A stretch of DNA of 64,000 bases from Candidatus Fermentibacterota bacterium (GTDB lineage: Bacteria; Fermentibacterota; Fermentibacteria; Fermentibacterales; JCC-6), in contig QNDR01000002.1 in NCBI GenBank assembly GCA_003646025.1, positions 2,873 through 66,872 on the forward strand, given 5' to 3'. This document shows positions 35,823 through 45,915 of the stretch, piece after piece; position 1 is the first letter of the stretch, and the number at the start of each line of letters is the position of its first letter. The notes beneath the pieces are model-generated. The model did no database searches, had not been told where the DNA came from, and was given only the letters and a program-made list of their open reading frames with translations. A program made the position numbers and the translations under genes.

Positions 35823-37030
35823 TTCTGTTTCCTTTCTGCCAGAATTCTGCTGAAGGTTGAAAAAAGTATGTGTACCTGTTTTTCAGGAGAATGACTGACG
35901 GTGATTTTTTTCCTGCCCTCAAGACCCATACGGCTGGCTGATTCACTGTCTGCAAGCATCTTTTCAATTGCATCTGCAAGCTCTTCTGCGGAATCGGGGT
36001 TAACAAGAACACCGTTTACTCCGCTTTGGATCAGTTCAGGAATTCCGGATATTCTGGTAGAGATACAGGGTACACCCATACCCATCGCCTCCATCAGTGC
36101 AACAGGGATACCGTCTCTGTCTCCATTCTCTGCCTGGACGCAGGGAAGAACAAACAACTCAGCATTTGAAACAGCATCCAGTGTTTCTTCAGAGCTCAGC
36201 GCCCCGGGGAATTCCACAGGGAATTCGTAATTTTTATTCCTGTACTCTTTCAGTCTGGTTCCATCCGCATCTGAACCGATGACTTTGAGTTTACACCCTG
36301 CAGATCTGCGGTTGAGAATGGCGGCGGCTTCCATAAGAACCGGTATCCCTTTTTTAGGAACCAGACCGCTTGCCACGCACACTGCCAGATTCTTTTGCGG
36401 AGGCTGTTTCTTTTCAGGAAGCTCGGATATGTTAAGCCCCAGCCGCACCACAACTATGTCTTCGCGACAGAGACCGTAGTTCACCAGAAAGTCGATGTTG
36501 TACCGGGAGATGGTGAAAACCGCTGCTGCTGAAGACAGAACTCTTCGCAGCCTGTTTACAGACTTTGGAACAAAGATGTCTGTAGCATGCGTTGTTACAG
36601 TATACGGCACGTTCAGTATGTATGCGGCAATTCTGGCTACATGGGCGCTGTCAAGGGCAAAGTGAGCATGAATAATGTCCGGCCTGCTGGATGGATTCAT
36701 TCTCAGCACAGCATCTGATGCCACAATAAAATACCTGAACTCCTTTTCCTTCAGTGATCGGATCAGAGCTTTTGTAAATCGCAGAGCCCTCAGCAGCGGA
36801 AGCACCAGATACCTGGCAGGGCTGGTCAGGTATTTGAATTTGAGAACTCTCTGAACCTCCACCGATCCGCTGGCTGGGTTCGGGGAAATTTCACTCCAGA
36901 AATCAGCCGGCCGGTTGCCTTTTGACTTTTCAGGCAGCACAACGGAAACATCCACCCCTGCGGCAGACAGAGCATCAATCTCCCTGTTTACATAGGGAGG
37001 TAAAAAACCCAGCATGTAGAGAACCTTCAC
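35819..37030 (-). CDS. Family 4 glycosyltransferase
   Basis: GTG start in a GTGA overlap. C-terminal GT-B signature DGIPVALMEAMGMGVPCISTRISGIPELI. Confidence 0.8.
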   Translation of the reverse strand: MKVLYMLGFLPPYVNREIDALSAAGVDVSVVLPEKSKGNRPADFWSEISPNPASGSVEVQRVLKFKYLTSPARYLVLPLLRALRFTKALIRSLKEKEFRYFIVASDAVLRMNPSSRPDIIHAHFALDSAHVARIAAYILNVPYTVTTHATDIFVPKSVNRLRRVLSSAAAVFTISRYNIDFLVNYGLCREDIVVVRLGLNISELPEKKQPPQKNLAVCVASGLVPKKGIPVLMEAAAILNRRSAGCKLKVIGSDADGTRLKEYRNKNYEFPVEFPGALSSEETLDAVSNAELFVLPCVQAENGDRDGIPVALMEAMGMGVPCISTRISGIPELIQSGVNGVLVNPDSAEELADAIEKMLADSESASRMGLEGRKKITVSHSPEKQVHILFSTFSRILAERKQN

Positions 37031-38289
37031 GGGCCGGCCATTTCGTCAAGGAAACCTGCCAGTTTGCGCATAACATTTTCAGCTGAGAAAGTTATCTTTA
37101 TGACTTCAAAGTCTTCAGGCACCCTGAGACCTGAGGTTTTCCACTGGTACTCCAGATTCTCGAACATCACTGCCACCTGTTCCGCATCGGGATGAACGAT
37201 GTATCCCCGACCGGGATTTCTTATTCTCGCGGCCATGGATCCTTCAGGTACTATTCCCAGAACGGTTCTTCCCGAGGCAAGGTACTCTGCGGTTTTGCTT
37301 GAGTTTTTGTAGTGACTTCCCCGGTGCTGATCAAGGTATGCGATAAGTACATCGCAGTTTCTCTGGAATTCGGGGACCTCCCGCCATTTGAGATGTCCCA
37401 CATGGGTTACCCGGCCTTTCAGCGGCTCAGTGTTTATTTCTTTCAGAGAAGAACGGTCTATGCCGCCGGCCATCTTCACTCTGAGTTTTGATTGCGGATT
37501 TCTGCCGTAAAACATTTTCAGACCATCGAGAAGCTTTGCCGGGGAATGGTTCGCGAAGAAGTTCCCTGTCCATCCAGCAGTAAGATGGTTAGTGTCAGGT
37601 ACAGGGGAACCGGCCCTGGTAATTCGATCGGGATCGTATCCGTTTTCAGCCACATGGGACCTGGGACATATCTTCTCATACTTTTCCAGGAAGTAGCCTG
37701 CAGAGTCTTCCGTTGTTGCTATTATGCCTCGGGCCCTGCTGACCACCTTTCTCTCGAGCAGAGATTCAACAAATCTGTTCAGTCTGCTGGGCCATTCTAC
37801 GCAGCTGTCTTCCAGCCAGAGATCACCAAAAAAAGGAATAAAGGGCAGAGCGGTCTGCTGTGCTGCCGAAACGGCTATCAGATGCAGAGAATGATGGGGA
37901 CCGAAAGAAACGATGGCATGGGGTTTTTCGTCTGCTATGATCTTTTTAAGAACAGGAAGAACTTTTCTTCTCCAGGTGATTACCCTGTCTGGAACAAGTA
38001 CGTAGTTGTGAGCAATGAAACTTGCGAGTCTGCGAAGTGAATTCTGCTCTTTGCCGGAGGTGTCGCTTTCTGAGGAAGCTTTCCCGTGGGGGACTCTGAA
38101 CACTTTCAGGTCTGAAGGCACTTCACGAAGAAGAGTTTTGTCTACAGCCATACCACGGGGCTTATCCACAGTTACAACTATTACTTCCCACTGGTTGCGC
38201 GGCAGATACCTGCACATGTTGAGGACAACAGAAGTTCCCCCTGTGGACAGAGGAGGAAAGGTGTAGGTAAGAAGGATCAGCTTTTTCAT
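37027..38289 (-). CDS. Glycosyltransferase (GT-B, GT4-like)
   Basis: N-terminus MKKLILLTYTFPPLSTGGTSVV and C-terminal KTAEYLASGRTVLGIV fit GT-B architecture. Lies within the GT operon. Confidence 0.6.
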   Translation of the reverse strand: MKKLILLTYTFPPLSTGGTSVVLNMCRYLPRNQWEVIVVTVDKPRGMAVDKTLLREVPSDLKVFRVPHGKASSESDTSGKEQNSLRRLASFIAHNYVLVPDRVITWRRKVLPVLKKIIADEKPHAIVSFGPHHSLHLIAVSAAQQTALPFIPFFGDLWLEDSCVEWPSRLNRFVESLLERKVVSRARGIIATTEDSAGYFLEKYEKICPRSHVAENGYDPDRITRAGSPVPDTNHLTAGWTGNFFANHSPAKLLDGLKMFYGRNPQSKLRVKMAGGIDRSSLKEINTEPLKGRVTHVGHLKWREVPEFQRNCDVLIAYLDQHRGSHYKNSSKTAEYLASGRTVLGIVPEGSMAARIRNPGRGYIVHPDAEQVAVMFENLEYQWKTSGLRVPEDFEVIKITFSAENVMRKLAGFLDEMAGP

Positions 38290-38290
38290 T

Positions 38291-39574
38291 CTACCTCAGT
38301 TTCCTGTACAGATCCCGGAGGATTTCACTCTGCGGTTCCCAGTTGTATCGGTCCAGTGCCGCTTTCCTGCCATTTCCTTTCATTCTGTTTCGCATATCCG
38401 GGTTGGCAGCAAGTCGTTCCACCGCCTCTGCTATTTCTTCAGGCGAGTCAGGATCTACGGTAATACCGCTGCCGGCCTCCCCCAGCACCCTTTTGAGTTC
38501 GGGAAAGTCACTTGAAACTATGGGTACACCGGCCATCATGTACTCATACAGTTTGTTGGGAAGCGAGTAGTAGTGGTTCAGACAGGTGTTTCTGAACAGA
38601 ATGAATCCCATATCAGCGTCTACGGTAATCTCCGGAAGCTCTTCTGAGGAAACAGGAGGAAGGAAAAATACCCTGTTGTTCAGCCCTCTGTCCGCTGCAG
38701 TCCGCTGAAGTGTACCGTTCCATGTGTCCATGCCTATAAACACAAATTTCAGTCTGGGATTTTCAGAAAGTTCTGCCGCGGCCAGCAGTTCTTCCAGCCC
38801 TCTTTCCGGGCACAGAACACCCTGATACAAAGCTATTATATCGTCCGGTTCCGCATTGATCAAGGATCTAAGCCGCCCCTTTTCCGGAAGCTTCAGGAGT
38901 TTTTCAGGGGCATTTTCAACAATTTGAAGATTTTTCATCGACGGGTACATTTCCTGCATCCTGCGACCGCGCATGGGAGTTACAGCGATTACTGCATCTG
39001 CTCTCGAAATGTACTTCCGCTCTATCCTTTTAAGTCTTACTTTGTTCAATGGGTGTGTTGCGATAAGATACCTGGATGATTCCAGCCACAGTTCGTGGCT
39101 GTCGTAAACCAGTTTTGCCCCGTTTTGTGCAGCGACTGATCCGCAGATCTCAAGAGTGTCCAGATCGTTGGCATGGTAGACATCAGCATTTACCTGCAGC
39201 GCAGCTTTTTTAAGCCTTTTCTCCCAGGGTATATCCCGTTGAAGGTCTGCTACCAGTCTCCGCAGCTTGTTCCTTCTCAGGTATCGAATAACTCTTGCTC
39301 TGGTTGACTTATCGTTGCTTTCAGAGGCTTCTGTAACAATGCTGCGGAGTTTTTGTTTTGATTCTGAGAAAATCGGCGGTCTGAGTATACGGATACCGTG
39401 TCTGTCTTCTTCCTCCGGTGCTCCTGCTTCAGGCATGGCAATTACAGTTACACGCCATCCGTCTCTGGCGAGAACAGCCATCTCCTTTTTTACTCTTGCA
39501 TCATTTGAAAGGCGATTTTTCACCACCATACAGACACTGTCTGTGGACAATTTCCCTCCCTGTACAATCTGCAT
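38291..39574 (-). CDS. Family 4 glycosyltransferase
   Basis: C-terminal PNKLYEYMMAGVPIVSSDFPELKRVL (E-x7-E-like region). Start is ATG 39574 or ATG 39529. Confidence 0.75.
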   Translation of the reverse strand: MQIVQGGKLSTDSVCMVVKNRLSNDARVKKEMAVLARDGWRVTVIAMPEAGAPEEEDRHGIRILRPPIFSESKQKLRSIVTEASESNDKSTRARVIRYLRRNKLRRLVADLQRDIPWEKRLKKAALQVNADVYHANDLDTLEICGSVAAQNGAKLVYDSHELWLESSRYLIATHPLNKVRLKRIERKYISRADAVIAVTPMRGRRMQEMYPSMKNLQIVENAPEKLLKLPEKGRLRSLINAEPDDIIALYQGVLCPERGLEELLAAAELSENPRLKFVFIGMDTWNGTLQRTAADRGLNNRVFFLPPVSSEELPEITVDADMGFILFRNTCLNHYYSLPNKLYEYMMAGVPIVSSDFPELKRVLGEAGSGITVDPDSPEEIAEAVERLAANPDMRNRMKGNGRKAALDRYNWEPQSEILRDLYRKLR

Positions 39575-39690
39575 TACATCTCAAACATAATTCTTTAACG
39601 GCGGTCTGCGCAGTGTGACTTCAATCCTGCGCTTGGCTATACTTCCGTGTACCGGGTCTGCTGCACGGAAGTTTATCGAAAGAGACAGCT

Positions 39691-40737
39691 TTGAGAATAT
39701 CATTTGTAATGGTTGGCTTGAAAGACCTGAGCACAGGTGGATACCTGTTCAATCTCAAAATGGCTGATGCGTTGAGTCATGCCGGTCATGAGGTTGATGT
39801 AATACATTTTTCCACAATGCCGAAAAGCATCCGGGGTTCAAGGTTAAAGGGTTCCTTCCATGTTCTTCGCCGTGTGCTGAAGTACAGGCCTGATCTGCTG
39901 GTAATCAGTAAAAGCTACAGTTTCATGGTGCCTCTGAGGATGTTACTGCCCTTTGTTTCCTGCCCTGTGCTTTATCTGGTTCATCATCTGGAATGGCATG
40001 ACAGGAAAGGTCGGGTCCCCCGGTTGAGAAGGTCACTTGTCCGCTGGTTTATCAGAGCGGGGAACAGGGTGTGGGTAAACAGCGGAAGCACTGCTGATGA
40101 TGTTGTTTCCCTGGGGATATCCAGGAACAGGATTTGTGTCATCCCACCGGGATTTGAAAGGTTCAGCACAGTTTCTGAAGGCAGACCGCTGCCTGTGCAG
40201 GTTCTCACAGTTGGCAGTGTCTGTGCCAGAAAAGACCAGCTCACCCTGGTTAAGGCCTGTATCATGCTCCGGGATCTTGATTTCAGGCTGGTTATCGCCG
40301 GAGATGAATTGGCTGATGCCGACTATTCGAAATCGGTGAGGGAACAGGCAGCAGCTCTGGGAGACAGGGTAACATTTACCGGGCACGTATCCGCAGATGA
40401 ACTTCATGATACCTACAACAGCAGTCATATACTTGCGAACCTTTCTGTGTGGGAAGGGTATGGAATAGCTGTGGCTGAAGCCATGTGGGCGGGGCTGCCT
40501 GTCATTGCAGCCGACGCGGGTGCAGTTCCGGAGCTTGTTACCAGTGGAGAAAACGGATATCTGATTCCTCCCGGCAATGCGGAGGTTTGCGCCGACCGTC
40601 TGAAAGAGCTTATTGTCAACGAGGCCTTGAGAAAACAGATGTCTCACAGTGCCAGGAACAGAGCGCAAGAGCTTTTTTCATGGAGCGATACAGGAAGGGA
40701 GTTTGTTCACCTTGCACAAGAAACTGCTGATTGCTAA
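39691..40737 (+). CDS. Family 4 glycosyltransferase
   Basis: TTG start. EGYGIAVAEAMWAGLPVIAADAGAVPELV signature. Divergent from the minus-strand GT operon. Confidence 0.8.
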   Translation: MRISFVMVGLKDLSTGGYLFNLKMADALSHAGHEVDVIHFSTMPKSIRGSRLKGSFHVLRRVLKYRPDLLVISKSYSFMVPLRMLLPFVSCPVLYLVHHLEWHDRKGRVPRLRRSLVRWFIRAGNRVWVNSGSTADDVVSLGISRNRICVIPPGFERFSTVSEGRPLPVQVLTVGSVCARKDQLTLVKACIMLRDLDFRLVIAGDELADADYSKSVREQAAALGDRVTFTGHVSADELHDTYNSSHILANLSVWEGYGIAVAEAMWAGLPVIAADAGAVPELVTSGENGYLIPPGNAEVCADRLKELIVNEALRKQMSHSARNRAQELFSWSDTGREFVHLAQETADC

Positions 40738-41899
40738 GTTCGGCGGAACCAGTTTGTCCGATGTGCAGAAGCGGGAAACGGCAGTCAGCCACTGTGCTTC
40801 TCTGCTTGAGGAATCTGAGAAGCTGGTTGTTGTTGTCTCCGCCATGGGCCGAAGCGGCGACCCCTACGCAACAGACACCCTTCTGAATCTGGTATCGGAA
40901 GACTCAAGTGTTTACGAGAAAGACAGGCTGATGGTGTGTGGAGAGGTAATCAGTGCACTGGTGCTGGCTTCCGCTCTGCGTAAAAGTGGTATAAGCGCGG
41001 AAGCGCTCACCGGCTGGGAGGCGGGGATTGCAACAGATGGAGAAACAGGCAATGCCCGGATAGTCAGCATTGATACAGCCAGAATACTGGATGTTCTTTC
41101 CAGCCACAGGGTTGTGGTGATCTCAGGATTTCAGGGCCTTTCTCCCGACGGTTATGTGAATACTCTGGGCCGGGGGGGGACGGATACATCTGCAGTTGTT
41201 CTGGGAATAGCTCTTGATGCGGATGAGGTTCTTCTTTACAAGACTGTCGATTCCGTTTATACCGCCGACCCGGTGAAAGTCCCTTCAGCCCGGGAACTTT
41301 CGGTTATCTCATCTGAAGACCTGAGGCAGATGGCATGGCAGGGAGCAAAAGTGGTTCATCCCAGAGCGGCGGAAGCTGCCCAGGCGTCTGATATCGTGTT
41401 AAAAGTAAAGTCTTTTCGCAGCGGAAAAGTTGTTACCGAAGTTGTGAAACAGCCTCTTGAAAATACGAATTACATAGTTGGCGTTGCGTCGGGACAGGTT
41501 GTTACCGGGTTTACTGTAACAGGTTCCGGAAAACCTTCCGCTTTTTTTGCCGGCATGTTCCGGAGAATTGCAGACAGTGGTATTTCCATGGATATGTTCA
41601 GTGTGTTCAAGTGTACTGCGGCATTCACCGTTCCTCTGGATTCCACTGAAGCAGTAAAAGAGATTCTTGACTCAATGGCTCTTCACTACAGCACACTGGG
41701 TCCATGTACCAAAGTTTCCATTGTGGGAGCTGGAATGCATGGTCTCCGCGGTGTAATGGCAAGGTTCTGCGAAGCTCTTGATAGGGTTGATATTGACGCA
41801 CTGCAGACGGTAGATTCGCACGCAACCATAAGTGCTCTGGTCCTTGTTGAGCAGAGAGATACAGCATTGCAGGAATTACACAGGGAGTTTATTGAATGA
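40712..41899 (+). CDS. lysC: Aspartate kinase (monofunctional)
   Basis: ORF 40649..41899. The kinase N-terminus LIAKFGGTSL begins near TTG 40712 (start uncertain). GRGGTDTSA motif. C-terminal ACT-like repeats. Confidence 0.85.
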   Translation: MHKKLLIAKFGGTSLSDVQKRETAVSHCASLLEESEKLVVVVSAMGRSGDPYATDTLLNLVSEDSSVYEKDRLMVCGEVISALVLASALRKSGISAEALTGWEAGIATDGETGNARIVSIDTARILDVLSSHRVVVISGFQGLSPDGYVNTLGRGGTDTSAVVLGIALDADEVLLYKTVDSVYTADPVKVPSARELSVISSEDLRQMAWQGAKVVHPRAAEAAQASDIVLKVKSFRSGKVVTEVVKQPLENTNYIVGVASGQVVTGFTVTGSGKPSAFFAGMFRRIADSGISMDMFSVFKCTAAFTVPLDSTEAVKEILDSMALHYSTLGPCTKVSIVGAGMHGLRGVMARFCEALDRVDIDALQTVDSHATISALVLVEQRDTALQELHREFIE

Positions 41900-42669
41900 A
41901 TCCATTAGAAGCTGCTGTTCTGGCAGTGGTTCAGGGTCTTACAGAGTTTCTGCCGGTGTCCAGTTCCGGTCATCTGGCCATGGTCTCACACCTTATGAAT
42001 GTTCCGGACGGAGGGCTGGCTTTTGATATAGTTCTTCATCTGGGTACCCTTCTTGCAGTGTTTGTTTTCTACTGGAAAGACATAACTGCCCTCGTAAGGG
42101 GTATTGTTTCCAGAGAAAAAAAGAGCCTTGTTCTGGGTGCGACTCTTGTCGTCGGCACCATACCGGTCGCGGTTGCCGGTCTGTTTTTCGGTGATTTCGT
42201 TGAAGCTCTCAGAGAAAACATGATTTTTGTTTCCTCTGCTCTGATCGTTACAGGCACGATCCTGTTTCTGTCGGGGAAAATTACTCAGAAATCCACACCG
42301 GGAGTTACCTTCAGGAGGGGGTTGATGGTAGGTCTCGCACAGACCATTGCCATCCTCCCGGGTATCTCGCGGTCGGGAACGACCATCAGTACAGGTCTCT
42401 TTGCGGGGCTTTCACGGGAAGAAGCCGCAAGGTTTTCTTTTCTCCTGGCTGTTCCTGCTATTCTGGGGGCTGCTGTTAAAGAGCTTCCGCATGCCTCCTG
42501 GAGTATACCGGTGGGGAATGTGATTATCGGGTTTGCTGTCTCTGCTGTGGTGGGGTTCGGCGCATTGGCTCTTCTCGTAAGATTTGTAAAGCAGGGAAAG
42601 CTTTCCGGTTTTGCATGGTACTGCTGGGCGGTGGCCATTGCCGGACTCGCAGCTTTTCAGCTGGGTTAG
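41896..42669 (+). CDS. uppP: Undecaprenyl-diphosphate phosphatase
   Basis: ATGA overlap. QGLTEFLPVSSSGHL and PGISRSGTTI motifs of BacA/UppP. Confidence 0.9.
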   Translation: MNPLEAAVLAVVQGLTEFLPVSSSGHLAMVSHLMNVPDGGLAFDIVLHLGTLLAVFVFYWKDITALVRGIVSREKKSLVLGATLVVGTIPVAVAGLFFGDFVEALRENMIFVSSALIVTGTILFLSGKITQKSTPGVTFRRGLMVGLAQTIAILPGISRSGTTISTGLFAGLSREEAARFSFLLAVPAILGAAVKELPHASWSIPVGNVIIGFAVSAVVGFGALALLVRFVKQGKLSGFAWYCWAVAIAGLAAFQLG

Positions 42670-42735
42670 AGCGAGGACCGCAGGAGGTTTAGAATTACTT
42701 CAAGAAAGATTGATGCCTTTGTAAGCAGATGCGCC

Positions 42736-43125
42736 GTGGCAAGGCTTGGCGTTATTTCCATGGGTGAACCCTATGTTGTTCCGCTCAATTTTGTTTACAT
42801 TGATGGAACAGTGTATTTTCACGGTGCGTTGAGTGGAAGAAAGATTGAAGCATTGAAAACAAACCCTGCAGTGTGTCTGGAGTTCGATGCCATGCACGGA
42901 GTGAGCGTAGAGAAACAGACGACATTCTACACCAGTGTTGTTGCGTGGGGCAGAGCGGAGTTTCTTGCAGATGCAGACCAGGAAAAGAAAAAACAGCATA
43001 TACTGGAAAAATTGTGTTTGAAGTATCTGGGCAGTTCTCCGGTGATTACCCGTGAGATGGCGGAGGGTACGGCTGTGGTTGCCGTTCCACTGAGAAAAGT
43101 TACTTTCAGGGAGAGTACGGAGTGA
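42736..43125 (+). CDS. Pyridoxamine 5'-phosphate oxidase-family (Pyridox_ox_2-like) flavoprotein
   Basis: GEPYVVPLNFVY.DGTVYFHGALSGRKIEALKTNPAVCLEF is typical of the family. Family-like sequence continues upstream of GTG 42736, so the start may be non-canonical (see finding). Confidence 0.6.
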   Translation: MARLGVISMGEPYVVPLNFVYIDGTVYFHGALSGRKIEALKTNPAVCLEFDAMHGVSVEKQTTFYTSVVAWGRAEFLADADQEKKKQHILEKLCLKYLGSSPVITREMAEGTAVVAVPLRKVTFRESTE

Positions 43126-45884
43126 TTATTCTTCTGGCAATTCTGGCATCGTGGCCTTACGAATGGTACCAGGCCTATTCGCAGATGAACTGGTCCGCCA
43201 TGGACAGCGTGTCTGCCCGGCGCGGTAATTCGGCTGCTGACCTTTCTATGAAGGCTGTTTCACAGTTCGGAACAGGCTCGGGAGATCCTGTTTCAATCGC
43301 GGAACAGGCCGTTCTGCTTGACAGCACAGACTACAGAACCTGGACCGCTCTGGCGTTTGTGGGGATGGAGCAGGATTCAGCCGCAATGGAGAGTCTGTAT
43401 ACAACCGCTTTCAGCCTTGTGGACGGGATCGATCCTGTTCTCAGTGAAGCCTACGGATACTGGCTTCTCTCAATGGGAAACAGCGCGGAAGCCGAGAAAT
43501 ATGCAAACGAGTCACTGTCTGTGGATTCCATGTTCGGCCCTGCCTGGCTTACCCTTTCCATGGCCGTTGTTGACCAGGGAAGAATTGATGAAGCCATGGT
43601 TTTTACAGAGCAGGCGGTAATCAGGCTTCCAGAGTGTTCTCCCATTCTGTGTCAATACGGTGAAGTTCTCGAACAGGCTGGAGATACACAGACAGCCATC
43701 GAAGTTTACAGATACGTGATAGATCTGGATCCCTGGATGATCTCAGCCTATTCATCCCTTGGGCTGCTTTACGAAAACAGTAAAAGGAACGGGGAAGCCA
43801 TAAAAGTATACAGAAGCGTTTTGCAGGTTCGCCCGGACTACGGCTGGGCCTGGAGCAGGCTTGCCTCCTGTTTCCTCATCGAAGATAGAGCTGATTTGGC
43901 AGACAGCTTTTTCAGCAGGGCACTGGAATTCACACCGGATGACTCGTGGTCTCTGTATCAGCTTGCAAAACTAAGAATCAACACACAGCCATCATACTCC
44001 CGGGAACTGTTTGAACATGCTGTGCAGGTTGATCCGGACTACATTCAGGCATGGCAGGAGCTTGCTTTCCTTTATGAATCGGAAGAGAATTATTCAGCAG
44101 CAGAGACCGCTCTCAGGCGGTGTATAGAACTTGACCCCCAACCGTGGCTTTACGGTGAACTGGGTTGGGTTCTTGAGAACAGAGCAATGTACCGTGAGGC
44201 TGCAGAGGTATACGAAGAAAGCCTGTGTATTGACGACCAGTACCTGTACGGCTGGCAGCGGAGAGGAGACATTTACAACATCGACGGTGACAGTCATGCC
44301 GCTGCTTTGTGGTACAGTGAAGCCCTCGGTACGCTGGATCAGCAGGATGCATGGATATGGGGGGAACTGGGTGGTATTGCTGTTGAGGAAATGCTTTTCG
44401 ATTCGGCTGGAAACTGTTTTTCAACCGCTGTGGCAATTGATGAGGATTTTTCCATGGGCTGGCTTAACCTGGCAAGGGTACAGAGAAGGAACGGAGAGCC
44501 GAAGAAGGCACTGGCCTCCCTTAACAGATATCTTTCACTCAGTGGCGATTCCGCTGTTGTATCTGCAGAACGGCTGGTACTTCATGGCCCTTCACACGAA
44601 AGTACCTGGCTGCTTGAGGAAAGCATGCTGAACAGATGGCCTGATGCATGGGTTTCAGCAGGCTGGAGTGCTTACTACGGTCACTACACGGAGCTTTCCG
44701 AAGAATTTGCCGGCAGAGCACTTTTCTCGCCACCTGAAGATCCATGGCAGCTGATCAATCTGGCTGAACTGTTTGGAGTTCTGGGAAACAAATACAGGCA
44801 GAAGCAGTGTTATCAGCTTGCTCTTCAGAACGGTACTGACGATTATCAGATTGCTGTTCGGGTTGCCGATTTTTACTACGATCAGAACATGACAGACGAA
44901 GCAATACAGCTTCTGTCGGAAGCCTACGCGGAATTTCCCTGGAACGAAAGTCTTACCACGGCCCTGGCAGAAGCATACCTGTTCAACGATCAGCTGGAGA
45001 AAGCCGGAGAGCTTCTTCTCGAGGTGGTGGAGCAGAATCCGGTGTCTGTGTATGCTATCTGCTACCTGGGGTTGATTGAAGAAAACAGGGGGAACCAGTC
45101 CGGGGCTCTGGACAGATACCTTGAAGCTCTTCGTATCGAACCCGGGTACCCCTATGCAGAGGATCGGCTCCGTTACATCAGCAGTGATGACTACAATCCC
45201 GAATATCAGAGAAGCAGAGCCAGGGCTTTTAACTGGAGTGCATGGCTGAACCTGTCTTCCACCGGGGGTAACACCGATGAGCAGTACTACGGTGGTGGTG
45301 GAGACGCATCGTTCGACTACGGTTCCCTGGGAAGCTCGATTTCACTTGAGCTCAATCTTCTTTCGGAGATAAAAGACGGAAGAGACATACGAAAAACTGC
45401 ATGGGCATCTTTTTCAACAGAACATTTCCTTACAGATCATCTGTACGCAGGAGCAAGTACCAGCTGGGACAGACAGCCGATTACAGTGCGTCCCTGGCAG
45501 ATAAGTTCGTATCTCGCCGCCGGCTGGAAAAGCTGGCCTGCTTCCTGGATATGGTTTGCACCGGAAGCCGGGGCCGGTCTGGTTAACACAAAATGGAGTA
45601 CAAGTCAGGGAAGAACAAATGAGTTAACTGCATTCGCCTCTCTGAGCACCTGGGCTTCCAGCTCACTTTCATGGCTTCCTTCTCTGTGGCTTTCCGGCAG
45701 TGTTTATCTTCCCCCGGGTAATGTAGATCTTCTGGTTGCAGATGCCGTGGGTGAGATCGAATTCAAAATGTCTAAAAGGATTTCCCTTGTTCTTGGTACA
45801 ACACTGGACTACACCCGCACTCCTGTTGTAGAGAGCTGGAAAAAACTTGATTCAGAGGTTTACATAAGACTGAGATTCCAGTGA
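43122..45884 (+). CDS. Large TPR-repeat protein with C-terminal beta-barrel-like domain (DUF481/YdiY-like?)
   Basis: GTGA overlap start. About 650 aa of TPR-like repeats (A...Y..AL.LDP....AW..LG). The last 230 aa or so are Trp/Ser/Gly-rich with alternating strand pattern, ending EVYIRLRFQ. Confidence 0.55.
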   Translation: MIILLAILASWPYEWYQAYSQMNWSAMDSVSARRGNSAADLSMKAVSQFGTGSGDPVSIAEQAVLLDSTDYRTWTALAFVGMEQDSAAMESLYTTAFSLVDGIDPVLSEAYGYWLLSMGNSAEAEKYANESLSVDSMFGPAWLTLSMAVVDQGRIDEAMVFTEQAVIRLPECSPILCQYGEVLEQAGDTQTAIEVYRYVIDLDPWMISAYSSLGLLYENSKRNGEAIKVYRSVLQVRPDYGWAWSRLASCFLIEDRADLADSFFSRALEFTPDDSWSLYQLAKLRINTQPSYSRELFEHAVQVDPDYIQAWQELAFLYESEENYSAAETALRRCIELDPQPWLYGELGWVLENRAMYREAAEVYEESLCIDDQYLYGWQRRGDIYNIDGDSHAAALWYSEALGTLDQQDAWIWGELGGIAVEEMLFDSAGNCFSTAVAIDEDFSMGWLNLARVQRRNGEPKKALASLNRYLSLSGDSAVVSAERLVLHGPSHESTWLLEESMLNRWPDAWVSAGWSAYYGHYTELSEEFAGRALFSPPEDPWQLINLAELFGVLGNKYRQKQCYQLALQNGTDDYQIAVRVADFYYDQNMTDEAIQLLSEAYAEFPWNESLTTALAEAYLFNDQLEKAGELLLEVVEQNPVSVYAICYLGLIEENRGNQSGALDRYLEALRIEPGYPYAEDRLRYISSDDYNPEYQRSRARAFNWSAWLNLSSTGGNTDEQYYGGGGDASFDYGSLGSSISLELNLLSEIKDGRDIRKTAWASFSTEHFLTDHLYAGASTSWDRQPITVRPWQISSYLAAGWKSWPASWIWFAPEAGAGLVNTKWSTSQGRTNELTAFASLSTWASSSLSWLPSLWLSGSVYLPPGNVDLLVADAVGEIEFKMSKRISLVLGTTLDYTRTPVVESWKKLDSEVYIRLRFQ

Positions 45885-45915
45885 TATCTCCTGCTTTTCT
45901 GGTGCACACATGTTT

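Noticed and set aside
40649-40711. 21-aa N-terminal extension of aspartate kinase from ATG 40649, overlapping the GT4 gene by 89 nt
   Set aside because: Kinase homology starts at LIAKFGGTSL, so the extension is not needed. The true start (TTG 40712 or ATG 40649) remains uncertain.
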